A stretch of DNA of 64,000 nucleotides from NCBI GenBank assembly GCA_018238155.1, contig JABCTZ010000003.1, forward strand, positions 96,001 to 160,000, written 5' to 3'. A program made the position numbers and the translations under genes. Numbering within the stretch: the stretch's first letter is position 1; each line of letters starts with the position of its first letter. The notes below the pieces were generated by a model. That model was not told where the DNA came from. It saw only the letters and a program-made list of their open reading frames with translations, and did not search any database. This document shows positions 47,764 to 59,045 of the stretch, one piece after another. The DNA comes from Candidatus Heimdallarchaeota archaeon (GTDB lineage: Archaea; Asgardarchaeota; Heimdallarchaeia; JABLTI01).

Positions 47764-50094
47764 ATGACCCCCTTACTTATTTCAAGGAAAAAAGTGATTG
47801 CTATCACATCAATTATTATTATCTTCCTTACTGGGCAAGTTATTGGAACCTCCATAAATCAATGTGATTCTCTTTATCATGATGATTATAATGTCTCAGA
47901 TGAGGATTTAATCAATCAAATTAAATTTGCTACAACCTCACTAACTTCACTTTATAATGAAAAGGAAGGTCTTTTTGTCTGGAATGTGCAGGATCCATAT
48001 AATCTTTCTCAATTTGGTGATTTAAGCGATTTAACAAATGGTGGGGAAGGTTTTGAAGTCTTAGATGGCGAATTGTGGCTTAATGGCTTAGCACAAGATG
48101 TATCGTTACAGTATCTATTATTGAAGAATTATGTTTCAACCTCATTACAGTTTATTGGAACAATAGATGAACATCGAGAGTTCAATCGCGAATGGATTTT
48201 CATGACATATGAAATTATTCATTCTTTGTATTATAATGTAGCCAATAGTGATTTCTTATTGAGCGTTTTAAATGCTTTATCTGTTAATGATGACACATTT
48301 GGAGAATATTGGAATGTATTAATTCGTACAAAATATAATTCTTTTATCCAAGAAGAAATTTCTTTATTATGTGATACACTTGTTTTAGGCTCAAAGATTC
48401 TTCGAGCAGCTGAATTTATGCCTTACTTTAATTTCTACGAAAAATCAATTCTTCTTGTTTTATCTAATCAGATAAGTAACTGGTGGAAAGCTATCAATAG
48501 ATATACTCTATATGATCCTGATTTTGCTATTGCAGGTATAGGTTTATCCAAAATTCACAGTAAATATCAAAAGTGGATTGATTGGCGGGCATTCAAAGAA
48601 TTAGCTACAAATGGTAGTTTTACAACTACAGATATTTTTACTTCTGAACATGAAGACTTACAAAGGCTTATCTTTACTTCTCCACAAATTGCTAATATTT
48701 ATCTCGAACAAATCGAAAAAGCAAATGCAAAACAGTCATATGGTTGGGATGATAATCGACATCATTATGCTGAAATATCTGATTCCTTGGCTAAAGGAAT
48801 TTACAATGAAATAATAAATTCCTATTATGAACATATTTTCTACGTTCGTGATCATGTAATTTATGTCTTTAATCCTCAATACAATGATAGTTGGACTCCA
48901 TTACCTGATAGATTTCAAGGATATTCATATTATTCGGGAGAATATTTCATTGATTCTCAAGGTTCAGAAAATGATTTTTATGCCTATCGTAATGATAACT
49001 CTCCATTAAAAATCACTGGCACACGAACTTATCAAGGTGCAGGTGATATTAGAGGTCTAATGGATGTTTATACATTACTTTCTCATTCCTTTACTAATGA
49101 TGACTACTTACAAGATTTTGAAAAGAAATCTTTCGAAATATTGATACAAATAGTAAATGCTCAAAGAAGTGATCATGCATTTGTTTTCAGCCCATATTTT
49201 GGTTCTGCACTAGATGAAAGCGTGGTTCTTAATCCTTTGATAAATGATGCTCAAATCATCAATCCAAACGTTTTACCTGAAGGTATTGACCAGTTTACTG
49301 GTACAATGTCTGTAATGGAATTTTTACTTGAAGCACAATCTGATTTGACTATTTTCGGCACAGAAGAAATGAATTATTTAAATGATAAATTACAAAGTAC
49401 AATTCTATCCATTACAGAATTATTTGAGTTAATGACTCATAAATCAACCATGGGTATCCCCAAACAAACAATTCTTGGAAATTCTAATCCACAAGAGCAT
49501 GAAACTCACTATTATAGTGCAGAAAACATTCTCGTTAAGATCAACTTTTTTGATTCATTAACAAATGAAATCTTATTACCTGACTGGCTTGAAAATTATA
49601 ATACTTATACATTCCTTGGTACTTCTTTCATTTATCAATGGGATTATCTAACTCTACTTAAAGATGCCTTCCTAAATTTGAAGGATCCTGCTATTGTTAC
49701 TCCATTATTTGACTCACTAGTTCTCTTCAGTGAAGATTTCTTACAAGATGAACAGTATCAACTTCTTTCAATTTGTGAAGCAAAAGATGCAATTGCACGA
49801 ACACTCTTTACTGAAGCACTAGTAGATAGTAGTATAATTTTGAGTGACCAAACCGGCATTTATGGCAATGCAATTCCTTACAAATATCGGTCTGAGGTTT
49901 CTCCTGTGACCAATGTTTTTGCAGCTGAAACACCACAACGTGTATCTGCCTTGATTTTATCAATCCTACCTTCCCTTGCTGATATCACAGAAGTTATTTC
50001 AAATCCAATCAATCAAATAGTTATTTTTGGTTTTGCTTGTGGTGTAATAATGACGATTGTAGTTATCTATATTCGACGACCAAAGCACCAGTAA
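47764..50094 (+). CDS. Large secreted/surface hypothetical protein
   Basis: Signal peptide, acidic/aromatic body, C-terminal TM with RR tail. Confidence 0.65.
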   Translation: MTPLLISRKKVIAITSIIIIFLTGQVIGTSINQCDSLYHDDYNVSDEDLINQIKFATTSLTSLYNEKEGLFVWNVQDPYNLSQFGDLSDLTNGGEGFEVLDGELWLNGLAQDVSLQYLLLKNYVSTSLQFIGTIDEHREFNREWIFMTYEIIHSLYYNVANSDFLLSVLNALSVNDDTFGEYWNVLIRTKYNSFIQEEISLLCDTLVLGSKILRAAEFMPYFNFYEKSILLVLSNQISNWWKAINRYTLYDPDFAIAGIGLSKIHSKYQKWIDWRAFKELATNGSFTTTDIFTSEHEDLQRLIFTSPQIANIYLEQIEKANAKQSYGWDDNRHHYAEISDSLAKGIYNEIINSYYEHIFYVRDHVIYVFNPQYNDSWTPLPDRFQGYSYYSGEYFIDSQGSENDFYAYRNDNSPLKITGTRTYQGAGDIRGLMDVYTLLSHSFTNDDYLQDFEKKSFEILIQIVNAQRSDHAFVFSPYFGSALDESVVLNPLINDAQIINPNVLPEGIDQFTGTMSVMEFLLEAQSDLTIFGTEEMNYLNDKLQSTILSITELFELMTHKSTMGIPKQTILGNSNPQEHETHYYSAENILVKINFFDSLTNEILLPDWLENYNTYTFLGTSFIYQWDYLTLLKDAFLNLKDPAIVTPLFDSLVLFSEDFLQDEQYQLLSICEAKDAIARTLFTEALVDSSIILSDQTGIYGNAIPYKYRSEVSPVTNVFAAETPQRVSALILSILPSLADITEVISNPINQIVIFGFACGVIMTIVVIYIRRPKHQ

Positions 50095-50225
50095 AATGAC
50101 ATAATTGAAAGTAAAAAACCCTTTTCATTATTAATTTCCATAATAACATCTGACCTAAAATTTATAAACAATATAAACCTTATTAGTTTAATAGTGTCCA
50201 CTTAACATGTTAGGAGCAAAGTCAA

Positions 50226-50756
50226 TTGCAGTCATTTCAAAATGAAATAAATAGTTTTCTGAAAAATATCACCGAAGCTCGTAAATCTTCTTCAATTGAT
50301 TTACTAAGATTAGATGATACTACATTGGCGGTTGTTGGATTACAATCAATTAAAATCTTAACTGATACTCAAAAAGAGATGGTTGAATTATTGTTAGATA
50401 ATCCAAGATCAGGAGCACAACTTGCTAAATTGACTAAGAAGACTCCCCAATTTATTTCAAAAATAATGAAGACTCTAATCAAATACCAGCTTGTAGATCA
50501 TATTCCAGCACCCTTTGGTCCTTCAAAATTCTATACCTTGAAAGCAAATATTCTTGGTACAGAGAAAATTGGAGTGATGAAAGGTAAAACAATCCCCTCT
50601 GAGCTTGAAGAAGAAATTGAACGCAGGGGAGTATTTGGAAATTTAATGTCACTATCATTTCATGAAATATTAAACATGATCAGGGAACTTGACGAAAGCG
50701 AAAAACAAAAAGTCCTCGACTATATTATAGAATATACTCAAGTCGTGGAGGATTAA
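50226..50756 (+). CDS. Winged-helix transcription regulator
   Basis: LTDTQKEMVELL...SGAQLAK...ISKIMKTL...LV. Confidence 0.7.
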   Translation: MQSFQNEINSFLKNITEARKSSSIDLLRLDDTTLAVVGLQSIKILTDTQKEMVELLLDNPRSGAQLAKLTKKTPQFISKIMKTLIKYQLVDHIPAPFGPSKFYTLKANILGTEKIGVMKGKTIPSELEEEIERRGVFGNLMSLSFHEILNMIRELDESEKQKVLDYIIEYTQVVED

Positions 50757-50810
50757 TCGCTGAACGACAAACGACCTACATCGGCCAAAAAACCAGTCTT
50801 CACAAAAATT

Positions 50811-51545
50811 GTGAAGGAATCACTAAAATCGATCATCTTAAGCGGCGAGAGCCAACTGGATAAGTTCGTTTCTCACCGCGTCCTATATTTTCTTGGTTTT
50901 CTAACTGGTTGGGATCCTAGAATTTTTTCCATAGAATTGTTGCCAATAAGTTACTTTTTAATTTGGTCAATTGTTCTTTTTGCTCTGAATGAAATTTATT
51001 TTGCTCTGATTTTTCTAATTTCAGGGTTTTTAATATTCATCTATTTTATCTTACTTCATACTGTTATCTCATCTTGGGATAGAATTAGACGTTGGCTTAT
51101 TCGTAAGGCTCGAAAACGAGGGGGAGTAAAAAATTTGACTCTAGAAGACATCAAATTTTTATTGATATACACGCGAAAAGTATTTGGTGTAAAAACTGAA
51201 GTCGCTTCCCAAAACGGAAAACCATTTTCTGAAGAAAATCTTCGTAAATTGTTACAGCATCACAAATATTGGCAAAAAATATTAACTGTATTAGTTATTT
51301 TTGTTCTTTTTATTTTGACTGGTTTGGGGATTTATGGTGTTGTCATAGAAGCAAATATCTTGAATTGGTTGAAGGATTGGTGGTATTTTATACCTGCACT
51401 TTTTTCAATTATTCTTATAGGCATTATTGGATTGGTAATTTCAAAGTCTAAAATTAGAGCTACAATAAATAACATCCCGACAGATAAATTCGATGAGGTT
51501 CTAAGAATTTTGAACGACTTTGAAGTTTTTGGTGGAAAGAAATAA
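50811..51545 (+). CDS. Membrane protein
   Basis: About 4 TM helices. Confidence 0.6.
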   Translation: MKESLKSIILSGESQLDKFVSHRVLYFLGFLTGWDPRIFSIELLPISYFLIWSIVLFALNEIYFALIFLISGFLIFIYFILLHTVISSWDRIRRWLIRKARKRGGVKNLTLEDIKFLLIYTRKVFGVKTEVASQNGKPFSEENLRKLLQHHKYWQKILTVLVIFVLFILTGLGIYGVVIEANILNWLKDWWYFIPALFSIILIGIIGLVISKSKIRATINNIPTDKFDEVLRILNDFEVFGGKK

Positions 51546-51562
51546 AAAAAAGAACGTTCAAG

Positions 51563-52012
51563 TTATTCTTTCTTCTTTTTCCATTCAACCATATCTTCTA
51601 TTGTTACAAAACCTTTTTTTTGAGTTAATTCGGACAAAACCAAATTCACTCTTGCTCTATCTATATTTTCGAAAAAATTTTTACTCTTTGGTTCTGAATA
51701 GAATTCAAATAAAGGTAATATTGCTCTTTCATCACCAAATTTTCCCAGAGCAATGGCTGCATTTCTTCTTGTTTCAACATCAGAATCCGTTTCAATTGCC
51801 TTGTTCAAAGCTTCAATTGCATCTTCATTTTCAATTCTCCCCAATGCTACTGCAGCACGTCTTCTAACACTGCTTTCAGAATCGTTTAATAAAACATGTT
51901 CAAGATGTTGTATTGCACTTGCATCTTGAGCTAATGCTAGATTATCAACCGCTTTCTCTCGTACTGTTTTCTTCCTGCTCTTAAGATCTGCCAGATTTTT
52001 TTTCAAAACCAT
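51563..52012 (-). CDS. HEAT repeat protein
   Basis: VREKAVDNL, VRRRAAVALG, TRRNAAIALG. Confidence 0.85.
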   Translation of the reverse strand: MVLKKNLADLKSRKKTVREKAVDNLALAQDASAIQHLEHVLLNDSESSVRRRAAVALGRIENEDAIEALNKAIETDSDVETRRNAAIALGKFGDERAILPLFEFYSEPKSKNFFENIDRARVNLVLSELTQKKGFVTIEDMVEWKKKKE

Positions 52013-52037
52013 AATTTTGACTTCCTATTAAATATGA

Positions 52038-52787
52038 TTAAATAGGATCCCCATGTAGTTTTTTCTGTTCTAATTGATGAAGCCAATCAGTAATTATTTG
52101 TAATAATTCATGTGGATTATTAATAATATGATCTGCATCCAAATCATCAATTACAGAGAAACCCCAAGATACTCCTACCGTTTTCAAGTTATTTATTTTT
52201 CCCAGATAAATATCAAATTGCGTATCTCCAATGAACACTCCGTTTGTAATTTGTTTATCTTCTAGAAAAATTTTAAAGCTCTTTTCTTTATTTTTGTGAT
52301 CCGTAATTACTGTCTCAAAAACATTTGGAATGCCAAATTGGGTCAGTATTTTTTCTCGCTTTTCTGGAGAATTAAGTTCAGTGTCGTGTGTTACAATAGC
52401 CATTTTAACCTTAGCTATTTTTTGTATTTTTATTAGAACTTCTGGAATACCCTCAAAAGCCTTAGCATTTTTCCGAAATTCCTCTAGACGAACCTTATCG
52501 AATCTTTTCCGTCCTCCTAAAATGAATTTTAAAGGGTTCATTTTATATTTTAATAATATCTTAATTTTACTTGATTTTGGAAAATCATTGTACAAGTATT
52601 TAACTTGCTGAGGGGGAAAATCTCTCCCCAAGTATTTTGAATAAGTATTTGATAATGCATTAATTGTATCTATTAGTGTCCCTGAATAATCAAAAAAAAT
52701 CCAAGGAGTATCATTTACACTTGTGTTCTGGTTTTTTGTAATTGATTCATTTAATTTCTTAGTTTTTACTTTTTCTTTAACAGACAA
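52038..52787 (-). CDS. HAD-superfamily hydrolase
   Basis: FFDYSGTLID (variant motif I), FIGDTQFD, GVSWG. Confidence 0.8.
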   Translation of the reverse strand: MSVKEKVKTKKLNESITKNQNTSVNDTPWIFFDYSGTLIDTINALSNTYSKYLGRDFPPQQVKYLYNDFPKSSKIKILLKYKMNPLKFILGGRKRFDKVRLEEFRKNAKAFEGIPEVLIKIQKIAKVKMAIVTHDTELNSPEKREKILTQFGIPNVFETVITDHKNKEKSFKIFLEDKQITNGVFIGDTQFDIYLGKINNLKTVGVSWGFSVIDDLDADHIINNPHELLQIITDWLHQLEQKKLHGDPI

Positions 52788-52859
52788 ATTGTTTCACCAT
52801 TCGTTATGCTATTTCAATAGATAAAATCAGCTTCGTTATATTTCAAATAAAGTTTCGCT

Positions 52860-54296
52860 TTGTGTAATTATATCTATATATTTGGTAATTTTTTCTACTT
52901 ACTTTTGGTAGTTTATAAAGAAAACAACCCGTGGGATAATTTGAGAATAAAGAAGAGTGTGAATACTTTGGTTATTAAGAAAAATGAAGACACAGATATT
53001 GAGCAATTTATTGCTAAAAATGCCAAAAAATACGGCATCCCAAAAGTAGCACTAAAAGCTTTGAAGGGTTTCGGGATTTTTGATGCACGAGTACTTAGTG
53101 TACTGACCGAAACAGAAATTGGTGAGATTCCTGATGTTAGTGAGAAAACTGCTTTAGCATTGGTACGAGCAGCAGATGATAGTTTTAGAGGACCACTTTT
53201 TCAGAAAGCATCAGAGCAATCTGAAAGATTCCTCAACAAACGAAAACATTTCACTACGGGTTCAGAAGTTTTCGATGAACTCTTAGGTGGAAATGGTATG
53301 CCTACAAGCGCTATAATTGAAATTAATGGTGAGTATCGTACTGGAAAAACTCAAACATGCCTTACTTGTGCAGTTACTGCTCAGCTTCCAGAAGACAAGG
53401 GAGGTCTAGGAAGACCAGTTATCTATATTGATACAGAGAATTCATTTCAAGCTGAACATCTCCTTGGTATTGGCAAAAGGTTTGGTTTTGAACCTGACGA
53501 ATTATTAGATAATATTTTTGTTGTCCAAGCAGAACAATTACGCTATCTTGATCAAGCTATTGATAGATTACCTGGTTATGTTCAAGCCTTGGATCCCGGA
53601 TTAATAATTATTGATTCACTTATGGCTCCTTTTAGAAATGAGTTCCATCAATTAAATCTCCTCGCAGTACGACAGAAGAAAATTGGGAAACTCATTGGTT
53701 TACTGAAGAGAATAGCTATTGCCTTTAATACAACCGTTATTTTCACCAATCAAGTTATGGCGAATATTGGCTTTTCTGGAAAATTCGTTCCTGTAAAAGC
53801 TACTGGTGGTCATGTTATTGCTCATGCTTCTGATATTAGAATTTTCATGAAGAAACTTAAAGGTAATTTACGAAGGGCAAAAATCGATGATTGTGCTTGG
53901 TTGCCTGCAGAGGAAGCGGAATTTTTCATTACAAATGCCGGAATATCTGATGAGGAAACCATTTCATTAGATGGATCTAAGAAAAAAGCTGCTGTAAATA
54001 AGGATCTTGAACCGGAATTAAAGGTAGAAGCTCCACTACTTGCGGGAATAAAAGAAGTTACTGAACAAAAGAAAGCACAAGCTAAAGCAAAGAAAAAGGA
54101 GAAAACAGTTGATAAAGAAGCAGCTCTCAAAGAGGATCTAAAAGAAAAGCAGAAAGAAGAAATCTTAGAGCACCCTCTATCTGATCTAGCTGATAACATG
54201 AAGGAGCTTGAGGAAATTGAAACACAATCAGAAGAAAAGATAAAACCAAAGACCAAATCTCCCTCAACAGCAAAAAAGTCAAAAGTACCTGCATAG
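52860..54296 (+). CDS. radA: RadA/Rad51-family recombinase with long charged C-terminal tail
   Basis: FQKA (FxxA), GEYRTGKT, YIDTENSF, IIIDS, TNQV, GGHVIAHAS; the true start is probably downstream of 52860. Confidence 0.85.
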   Translation: MCNYIYIFGNFFYLLLVVYKENNPWDNLRIKKSVNTLVIKKNEDTDIEQFIAKNAKKYGIPKVALKALKGFGIFDARVLSVLTETEIGEIPDVSEKTALALVRAADDSFRGPLFQKASEQSERFLNKRKHFTTGSEVFDELLGGNGMPTSAIIEINGEYRTGKTQTCLTCAVTAQLPEDKGGLGRPVIYIDTENSFQAEHLLGIGKRFGFEPDELLDNIFVVQAEQLRYLDQAIDRLPGYVQALDPGLIIIDSLMAPFRNEFHQLNLLAVRQKKIGKLIGLLKRIAIAFNTTVIFTNQVMANIGFSGKFVPVKATGGHVIAHASDIRIFMKKLKGNLRRAKIDDCAWLPAEEAEFFITNAGISDEETISLDGSKKKAAVNKDLEPELKVEAPLLAGIKEVTEQKKAQAKAKKKEKTVDKEAALKEDLKEKQKEEILEHPLSDLADNMKELEEIETQSEEKIKPKTKSPSTAKKSKVPA

Positions 54297-54358
54297 AAAA
54301 ACTTGAGGAAATAAAACAAAATCAATCTTCAACCAATGAAATCTCTCGAGAGTTACCT

Positions 54359-55672
54359 ATGATAACCGGCGATAAGAAAAAGAACTACTCTGATGGATCT
54401 CTTGGTTCTATGCGAAACGTTATCTTAATTTCATTTGGAGCTTTCATTTGGTCAATCTATCTTTCCATCCAAGGGCAATTTCTGAATGATTACATTGCTG
54501 ATATGGGTGCTTATTCTCCATTAAAAATTTCTTTAATGGTAAGCTTAGTTGCAATAACAGGTGCATTTGCTAGCATAATTTTTGGCGCAATTAGTGATAA
54601 CCTTAGAACAAAAATAGGAAGAAGAAAACCATTTATAATTATTGGAGGAGTTTTTTCTGCTTTATTTTTCTTTCTCGTACCTTTTCAAAATGCCGTAGCA
54701 ACGATTATTGCAATTAATGTTGTAATGAGTTTATTCAATAATGCTGCTTTTGTTTGTAACAATTCATTTATACCTGACACTACATCAAAGAGAAAACTTG
54801 GTAAAGTAAATTCTTTCGCGGCTTTGGGTACGTCAATTGGAATGGTTGTCGGTTTTGCTTTAATGATGATAAATTCAGCCAACACTCTTTTCTTTGTTTC
54901 TGGTACGATATGTTCTGTTGGTTTTCTAATTGTTGGTTTATTTATTCAAGAACCAACTAATCTATCAAAACCAAAGAAATGGCATTCATCCATCAAAGAA
55001 ACATTCCAGCTTAAAAGTTTGAAAAATGAAAAAGGCTTTTTCAATTTCTTGATAGGTCACTTTCTATTACATACCGGAATTAACGTTTACATTCCCTTCC
55101 TTCTTATTTTTTTAACACAAAAAAATAATCCTTCAAGTGGAGAGCTTGTAGGATTAGGCTTATCTATTGAACAAGGTGAAGTTCTTGTTGTATTTGCAGT
55201 ATTGACTGCTGTTTCACTACTAGCAACAATTCCTATTGGTGTTTTTTCTGATCGGATAGATACAAGTCTATTTCTATTTATCTCCAGGATAGTTTTTGCA
55301 ATTGTTACAATGTTACTGGCTTTGACACCTTTTATTCACAAACTCAGCCCTATGATTGTTGGAATTTTATTCATAATTCCCTATGGTATCGCAAATACAG
55401 CTGATATAATTTCTAGAGGAGCATTAATGCATAAATTAGTCCCTAAAGAGAAGAGAGGACAATTTTTGGGCTTAACAGTTTTCATTAAAATTTCTGCTCA
55501 AATTCCAGGTGTAATCATTGGTGGTTTATTAGCTCATTTTTTACAAGGAGGATATCAACTTGCATTTGTTTTTGGAGGATTTATCGTTCTTCTATCGTTA
55601 CCTTTTATTTCATTTACAAAATTAAGAACTTCGATAATTCAAGGAACAACAGAAAAACCTCTCTCTAGCTAG
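54359..55672 (+). CDS. MFS transporter
   Basis: GAISDNLRTKIGRRKPF, about 12 TM. Confidence 0.88.
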   Translation: MITGDKKKNYSDGSLGSMRNVILISFGAFIWSIYLSIQGQFLNDYIADMGAYSPLKISLMVSLVAITGAFASIIFGAISDNLRTKIGRRKPFIIIGGVFSALFFFLVPFQNAVATIIAINVVMSLFNNAAFVCNNSFIPDTTSKRKLGKVNSFAALGTSIGMVVGFALMMINSANTLFFVSGTICSVGFLIVGLFIQEPTNLSKPKKWHSSIKETFQLKSLKNEKGFFNFLIGHFLLHTGINVYIPFLLIFLTQKNNPSSGELVGLGLSIEQGEVLVVFAVLTAVSLLATIPIGVFSDRIDTSLFLFISRIVFAIVTMLLALTPFIHKLSPMIVGILFIIPYGIANTADIISRGALMHKLVPKEKRGQFLGLTVFIKISAQIPGVIIGGLLAHFLQGGYQLAFVFGGFIVLLSLPFISFTKLRTSIIQGTTEKPLSS

Positions 55673-55682
55673 GCTAATTATT

Positions 55683-57962
55683 TTAAAAAGAGAGTTTGAA
55701 TACTTCTGTCAGTATTTTATCTAGTGCTAATAAACTATCAGCTATTCTCTTTAATCCAAGATATTCTGCTAAAGGTGTCAAACCTGATACAAGTGATTTT
55801 GCATTAGCTTCAATTCTCAGTAAATCCCCTTCATATATTTGATGTTTATTCACTACATCAATAATTTCTTTACCCAATATCACGTGCTCATAAATTGGTC
55901 TTTTGAAATTATCATTTGGAATAAAAAAATCTCCTTCAGTAGAATGTTGTGTAAGTTTAAGAATCTCATACAACATTACAGTTAAATTGGTATTCTTTTG
56001 TGAGAGATCATACATTAACCAATCTTTCAGGTATTCAAATCTCTTTACTGAAATTCCCATCTCAGAGCAAATACTTCCTTTTGTTGTAGTTTGGAATTTT
56101 CCATTATAAGATTCTTTAATATAACCTCGATATTTTAATGAATGTAAGATAGAGAAATCTCTATTCAAAATTTCTTTGATTGTAGTTTTTGATTGTTCTT
56201 TTAATACTACCATTCGATGCTTGCAGAATATTTTCTTTGAATCACAAGAACATGATAGTATTCCATTTGTGAATGAAACAGTAAAACTATTTTTTCCATT
56301 ATCTATCTTAAACAATTGCGTGTTTTGATTGGAAAATTCACTTGCTATAACTAGTTTTTCAATTGGAAAAATTTCCTCTAAAATGCACAAAATTTCATTT
56401 GTAATTTTAGTATTTCGTTTCAAAATCAATTTATAATATTCCTCAGAAACACTATTCAAATTTGTAGATGTATTGTGTTTATTTTTTAAAACTAACCTTT
56501 GGTTTTGAGAATAATCGAAAAAGCTTTCTTGGATTAGTTTTACTAATTCAATAAAATCTGGTTTACGACTATAAATTAAGGAAAGAATCATTCTTTCGAA
56601 TTCTTCTTTACTATTGATTCTACTGCTAATACGATCAAATTGTGGAGGAATTTTGTTTAAATTAGTAAGATAGTGCCTCTCCATTTGCCAGTATCTTTCT
56701 CGAATAGTTCTCTCTTCCCTTCTATCCAGAGCTAATATTGTACTTTTTCCATAGTGATCAAAATTAGGTCTACCAGCTCTTCCTGCAATTTGATGGAAAA
56801 CATTTCTAGAAAGCCATTCATTGTTCCATCTTTTAGTATCGAGAATAATAACTTCACGTGCAGGGAGATTTACACCTGCTCCAAGTGTTTCAGTACAAAA
56901 CAAGACATGAATAAATCCCAAGCGAAATAATTCTTCAACTGCTTTTTGTGCAATGCGACTTAATCCCGCATGATGAAATGCAGTTCCTTTTTCCACTAGA
57001 TCATAAATTAGTGCATTCCCTAAAGAGTCGCGATGTAAAGGAATGCTGTCTAAAAAACTAAGTACTCTTCCTACATTGAAATTACCACTTCCATTAAGGC
57101 ATTTCTCAATGTAATTTGAATATTCAAAAGCTAATTCCTCTGCTTTTGATCTTGTTCCACAGAAAACCAATATTTGAGATCCAAATGGAATATTATTTTG
57201 AATTATCTCTTTCACTCTTTTTTCAGGTCGAAATGTCGGTATTATATCAAAATCAAGAGGTATTAATCGTTTTGAACTGCTTATAAGTGTGGCATTTAAC
57301 CAAGATGCAATATCACTAGGGTTTGCTGCAGTTGCTGAGAGTAAAATTAATCTTGTTTTTCCCTTCAAGGCAATGAGTATTGTTTCCAGAGTTGCTCCAC
57401 GTTGAGTATCACCAATTAGATGAAACTCATCTACGATCACATTCTTTATTTTACCGAGTAAACTTGGTAAACGTCCAATAATAGTTCTAAATCGCTCATA
57501 AGTAGAGATTAAGATATGACATTTTCTAATTTCCTCTTCATTAAAATCCACTTCCGACATAGACATATGAACTTTGATACCGAATTTTTTATACATTTTA
57601 GCTAAATAGTTTGCTTTTTCTTCTGCTAATGCACGTAAAGGAACTAGAAAAATTGTTTTTGCATCGAATGTCATTTCTTCTCTAAGTTTTCTTTTTTCAA
57701 TTTTTGTGAGATTTTCTTTCTGTAATGAGTCGAATTTCTTGTCCAATTCTTCTTCCCTATCGAGTAATTCTACTATAGTAATTAATTCTGCAATCAATGT
57801 TTTTCCAGACCCACTCGGAGAAACGATTACAAGGTTTTCTTCTCCAAAAATGTGCGGATAAGCCTTTCTTTGTATATCTGTGAACTTTCTTATTCCGCCT
57901 TGTATGAGGATTTCTTGTAATTCCTTAGGAAGTTGTTTTAGGTAATTTTCTGTAACAACCAT
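55683..57962 (-). CDS. Ski2-like (Hel308/Hjm-type) helicase with SWIM zinc finger
   Basis: SPSGSGKT, DEFH, LSAT, FHHAGL, TETLGAGVNLPA, QIAGRAGR; CSC-x6-CKH. Confidence 0.85.
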   Translation of the reverse strand: MVVTENYLKQLPKELQEILIQGGIRKFTDIQRKAYPHIFGEENLVIVSPSGSGKTLIAELITIVELLDREEELDKKFDSLQKENLTKIEKRKLREEMTFDAKTIFLVPLRALAEEKANYLAKMYKKFGIKVHMSMSEVDFNEEEIRKCHILISTYERFRTIIGRLPSLLGKIKNVIVDEFHLIGDTQRGATLETILIALKGKTRLILLSATAANPSDIASWLNATLISSSKRLIPLDFDIIPTFRPEKRVKEIIQNNIPFGSQILVFCGTRSKAEELAFEYSNYIEKCLNGSGNFNVGRVLSFLDSIPLHRDSLGNALIYDLVEKGTAFHHAGLSRIAQKAVEELFRLGFIHVLFCTETLGAGVNLPAREVIILDTKRWNNEWLSRNVFHQIAGRAGRPNFDHYGKSTILALDRREERTIRERYWQMERHYLTNLNKIPPQFDRISSRINSKEEFERMILSLIYSRKPDFIELVKLIQESFFDYSQNQRLVLKNKHNTSTNLNSVSEEYYKLILKRNTKITNEILCILEEIFPIEKLVIASEFSNQNTQLFKIDNGKNSFTVSFTNGILSCSCDSKKIFCKHRMVVLKEQSKTTIKEILNRDFSILHSLKYRGYIKESYNGKFQTTTKGSICSEMGISVKRFEYLKDWLMYDLSQKNTNLTVMLYEILKLTQHSTEGDFFIPNDNFKRPIYEHVILGKEIIDVVNKHQIYEGDLLRIEANAKSLVSGLTPLAEYLGLKRIADSLLALDKILTEVFKLSF

Positions 57963-58041
57963 TTTCTTTCCTCCACTTTTGATTCTTGTTTGACTATTTA
58001 CAATGGTTTAGCCTGATAGGGTTAGTTTTGCAGCAATTTTT

Positions 58042-58332
58042 TTATTTGGGAATTATGTCTAATTTTTTTTCTGGATTATAGTATGTATTAACTGCAAAAT
58101 TGAAGATGCCTCTCTCTAATAACTCATCTGTAATGATTTCTTCTAAAGTGAGTAAATTATAACATTGCTCTCGAGTGATACAAGACTCACATTTAATATG
58201 ATCAAAGTAAGGGCAGCTATCATTATGGAATCGAATATTCTTCCATTCAATCATTAGCATTAAATTAGGTAAATTGTGTATTCTATGTTTCAGTTTATTG
58301 ATTCCCCAGTAATTCATTTCATCAATTTTCAT
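58042..58332 (-). CDS. Small Cys-containing hypothetical protein
   Basis: CPYF...CESC...C. Confidence 0.5.
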   Translation of the reverse strand: MKIDEMNYWGINKLKHRIHNLPNLMLMIEWKNIRFHNDSCPYFDHIKCESCITREQCYNLLTLEEIITDELLERGIFNFAVNTYYNPEKKLDIIPK

Positions 58333-58598
58333 GAGTCTCGTTCACCAGTTTAAGTAGATGATAAGCTACTATCATTATTTCATTACGTTTCTTCTTCAAA
58401 GAATCATCAGTGAATTTTACTTAAAAAGAACTCAATAGTAGATTTGTAAGATAAAAAACTCATACTACATATAGCTTAATATTCTAATTCTATTAGATAT
58501 AGAAATTTTAGATTTCTATTCAAATATTTTATATTAATGTGTACCATTAAGAATATTAAGTGGAAGTTACTAATCAAAACTGTGTGACGTGAATAATT

Positions 58599-59042
58599 AT
58601 GTCCCTTACAATAAAATCTCAAATTGATGCAATAATGGTCAAACCGGCAATGGTTGACGAGAATGACTCTATGAGTATAATTGCTAAAGTTCTGTTACAA
58701 ACGAATAAAGGTTGTGTCTTTGTAACCAGTATTGGTGAAGTAGTGGGAATCATCACTGAAAGAGATATTCTAAGATTGTTATTGAAAGAAGGGTGTATGC
58801 TCTCCGAAGAAATTGAAGCCCAAGATTTTATGGTCAAACCCGTTATTTCAATACCAAAAACTGCTACTTTAGCAGAAGCAGATGATTTAATGGCACAAAC
58901 CAATGTCAATAGATTAGCAGTTGTTGAAAAGGAAGGCTCATTAGTTGTTGTTGGTTTCCTTGATTCTGAAATGTTGAATGTTTCTCTAAAAACGGCAGTA
59001 TTAAAAACCTATAAGAAAAGGCAAAAATATATCCAAAAATAG
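58599..59042 (+). CDS. CBS-domain protein
   Basis: VGIITERDIL; tandem CBS pair. Confidence 0.9.
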   Translation: MSLTIKSQIDAIMVKPAMVDENDSMSIIAKVLLQTNKGCVFVTSIGEVVGIITERDILRLLLKEGCMLSEEIEAQDFMVKPVISIPKTATLAEADDLMAQTNVNRLAVVEKEGSLVVVGFLDSEMLNVSLKTAVLKTYKKRQKYIQK

Positions 59043-59045
59043 TGA

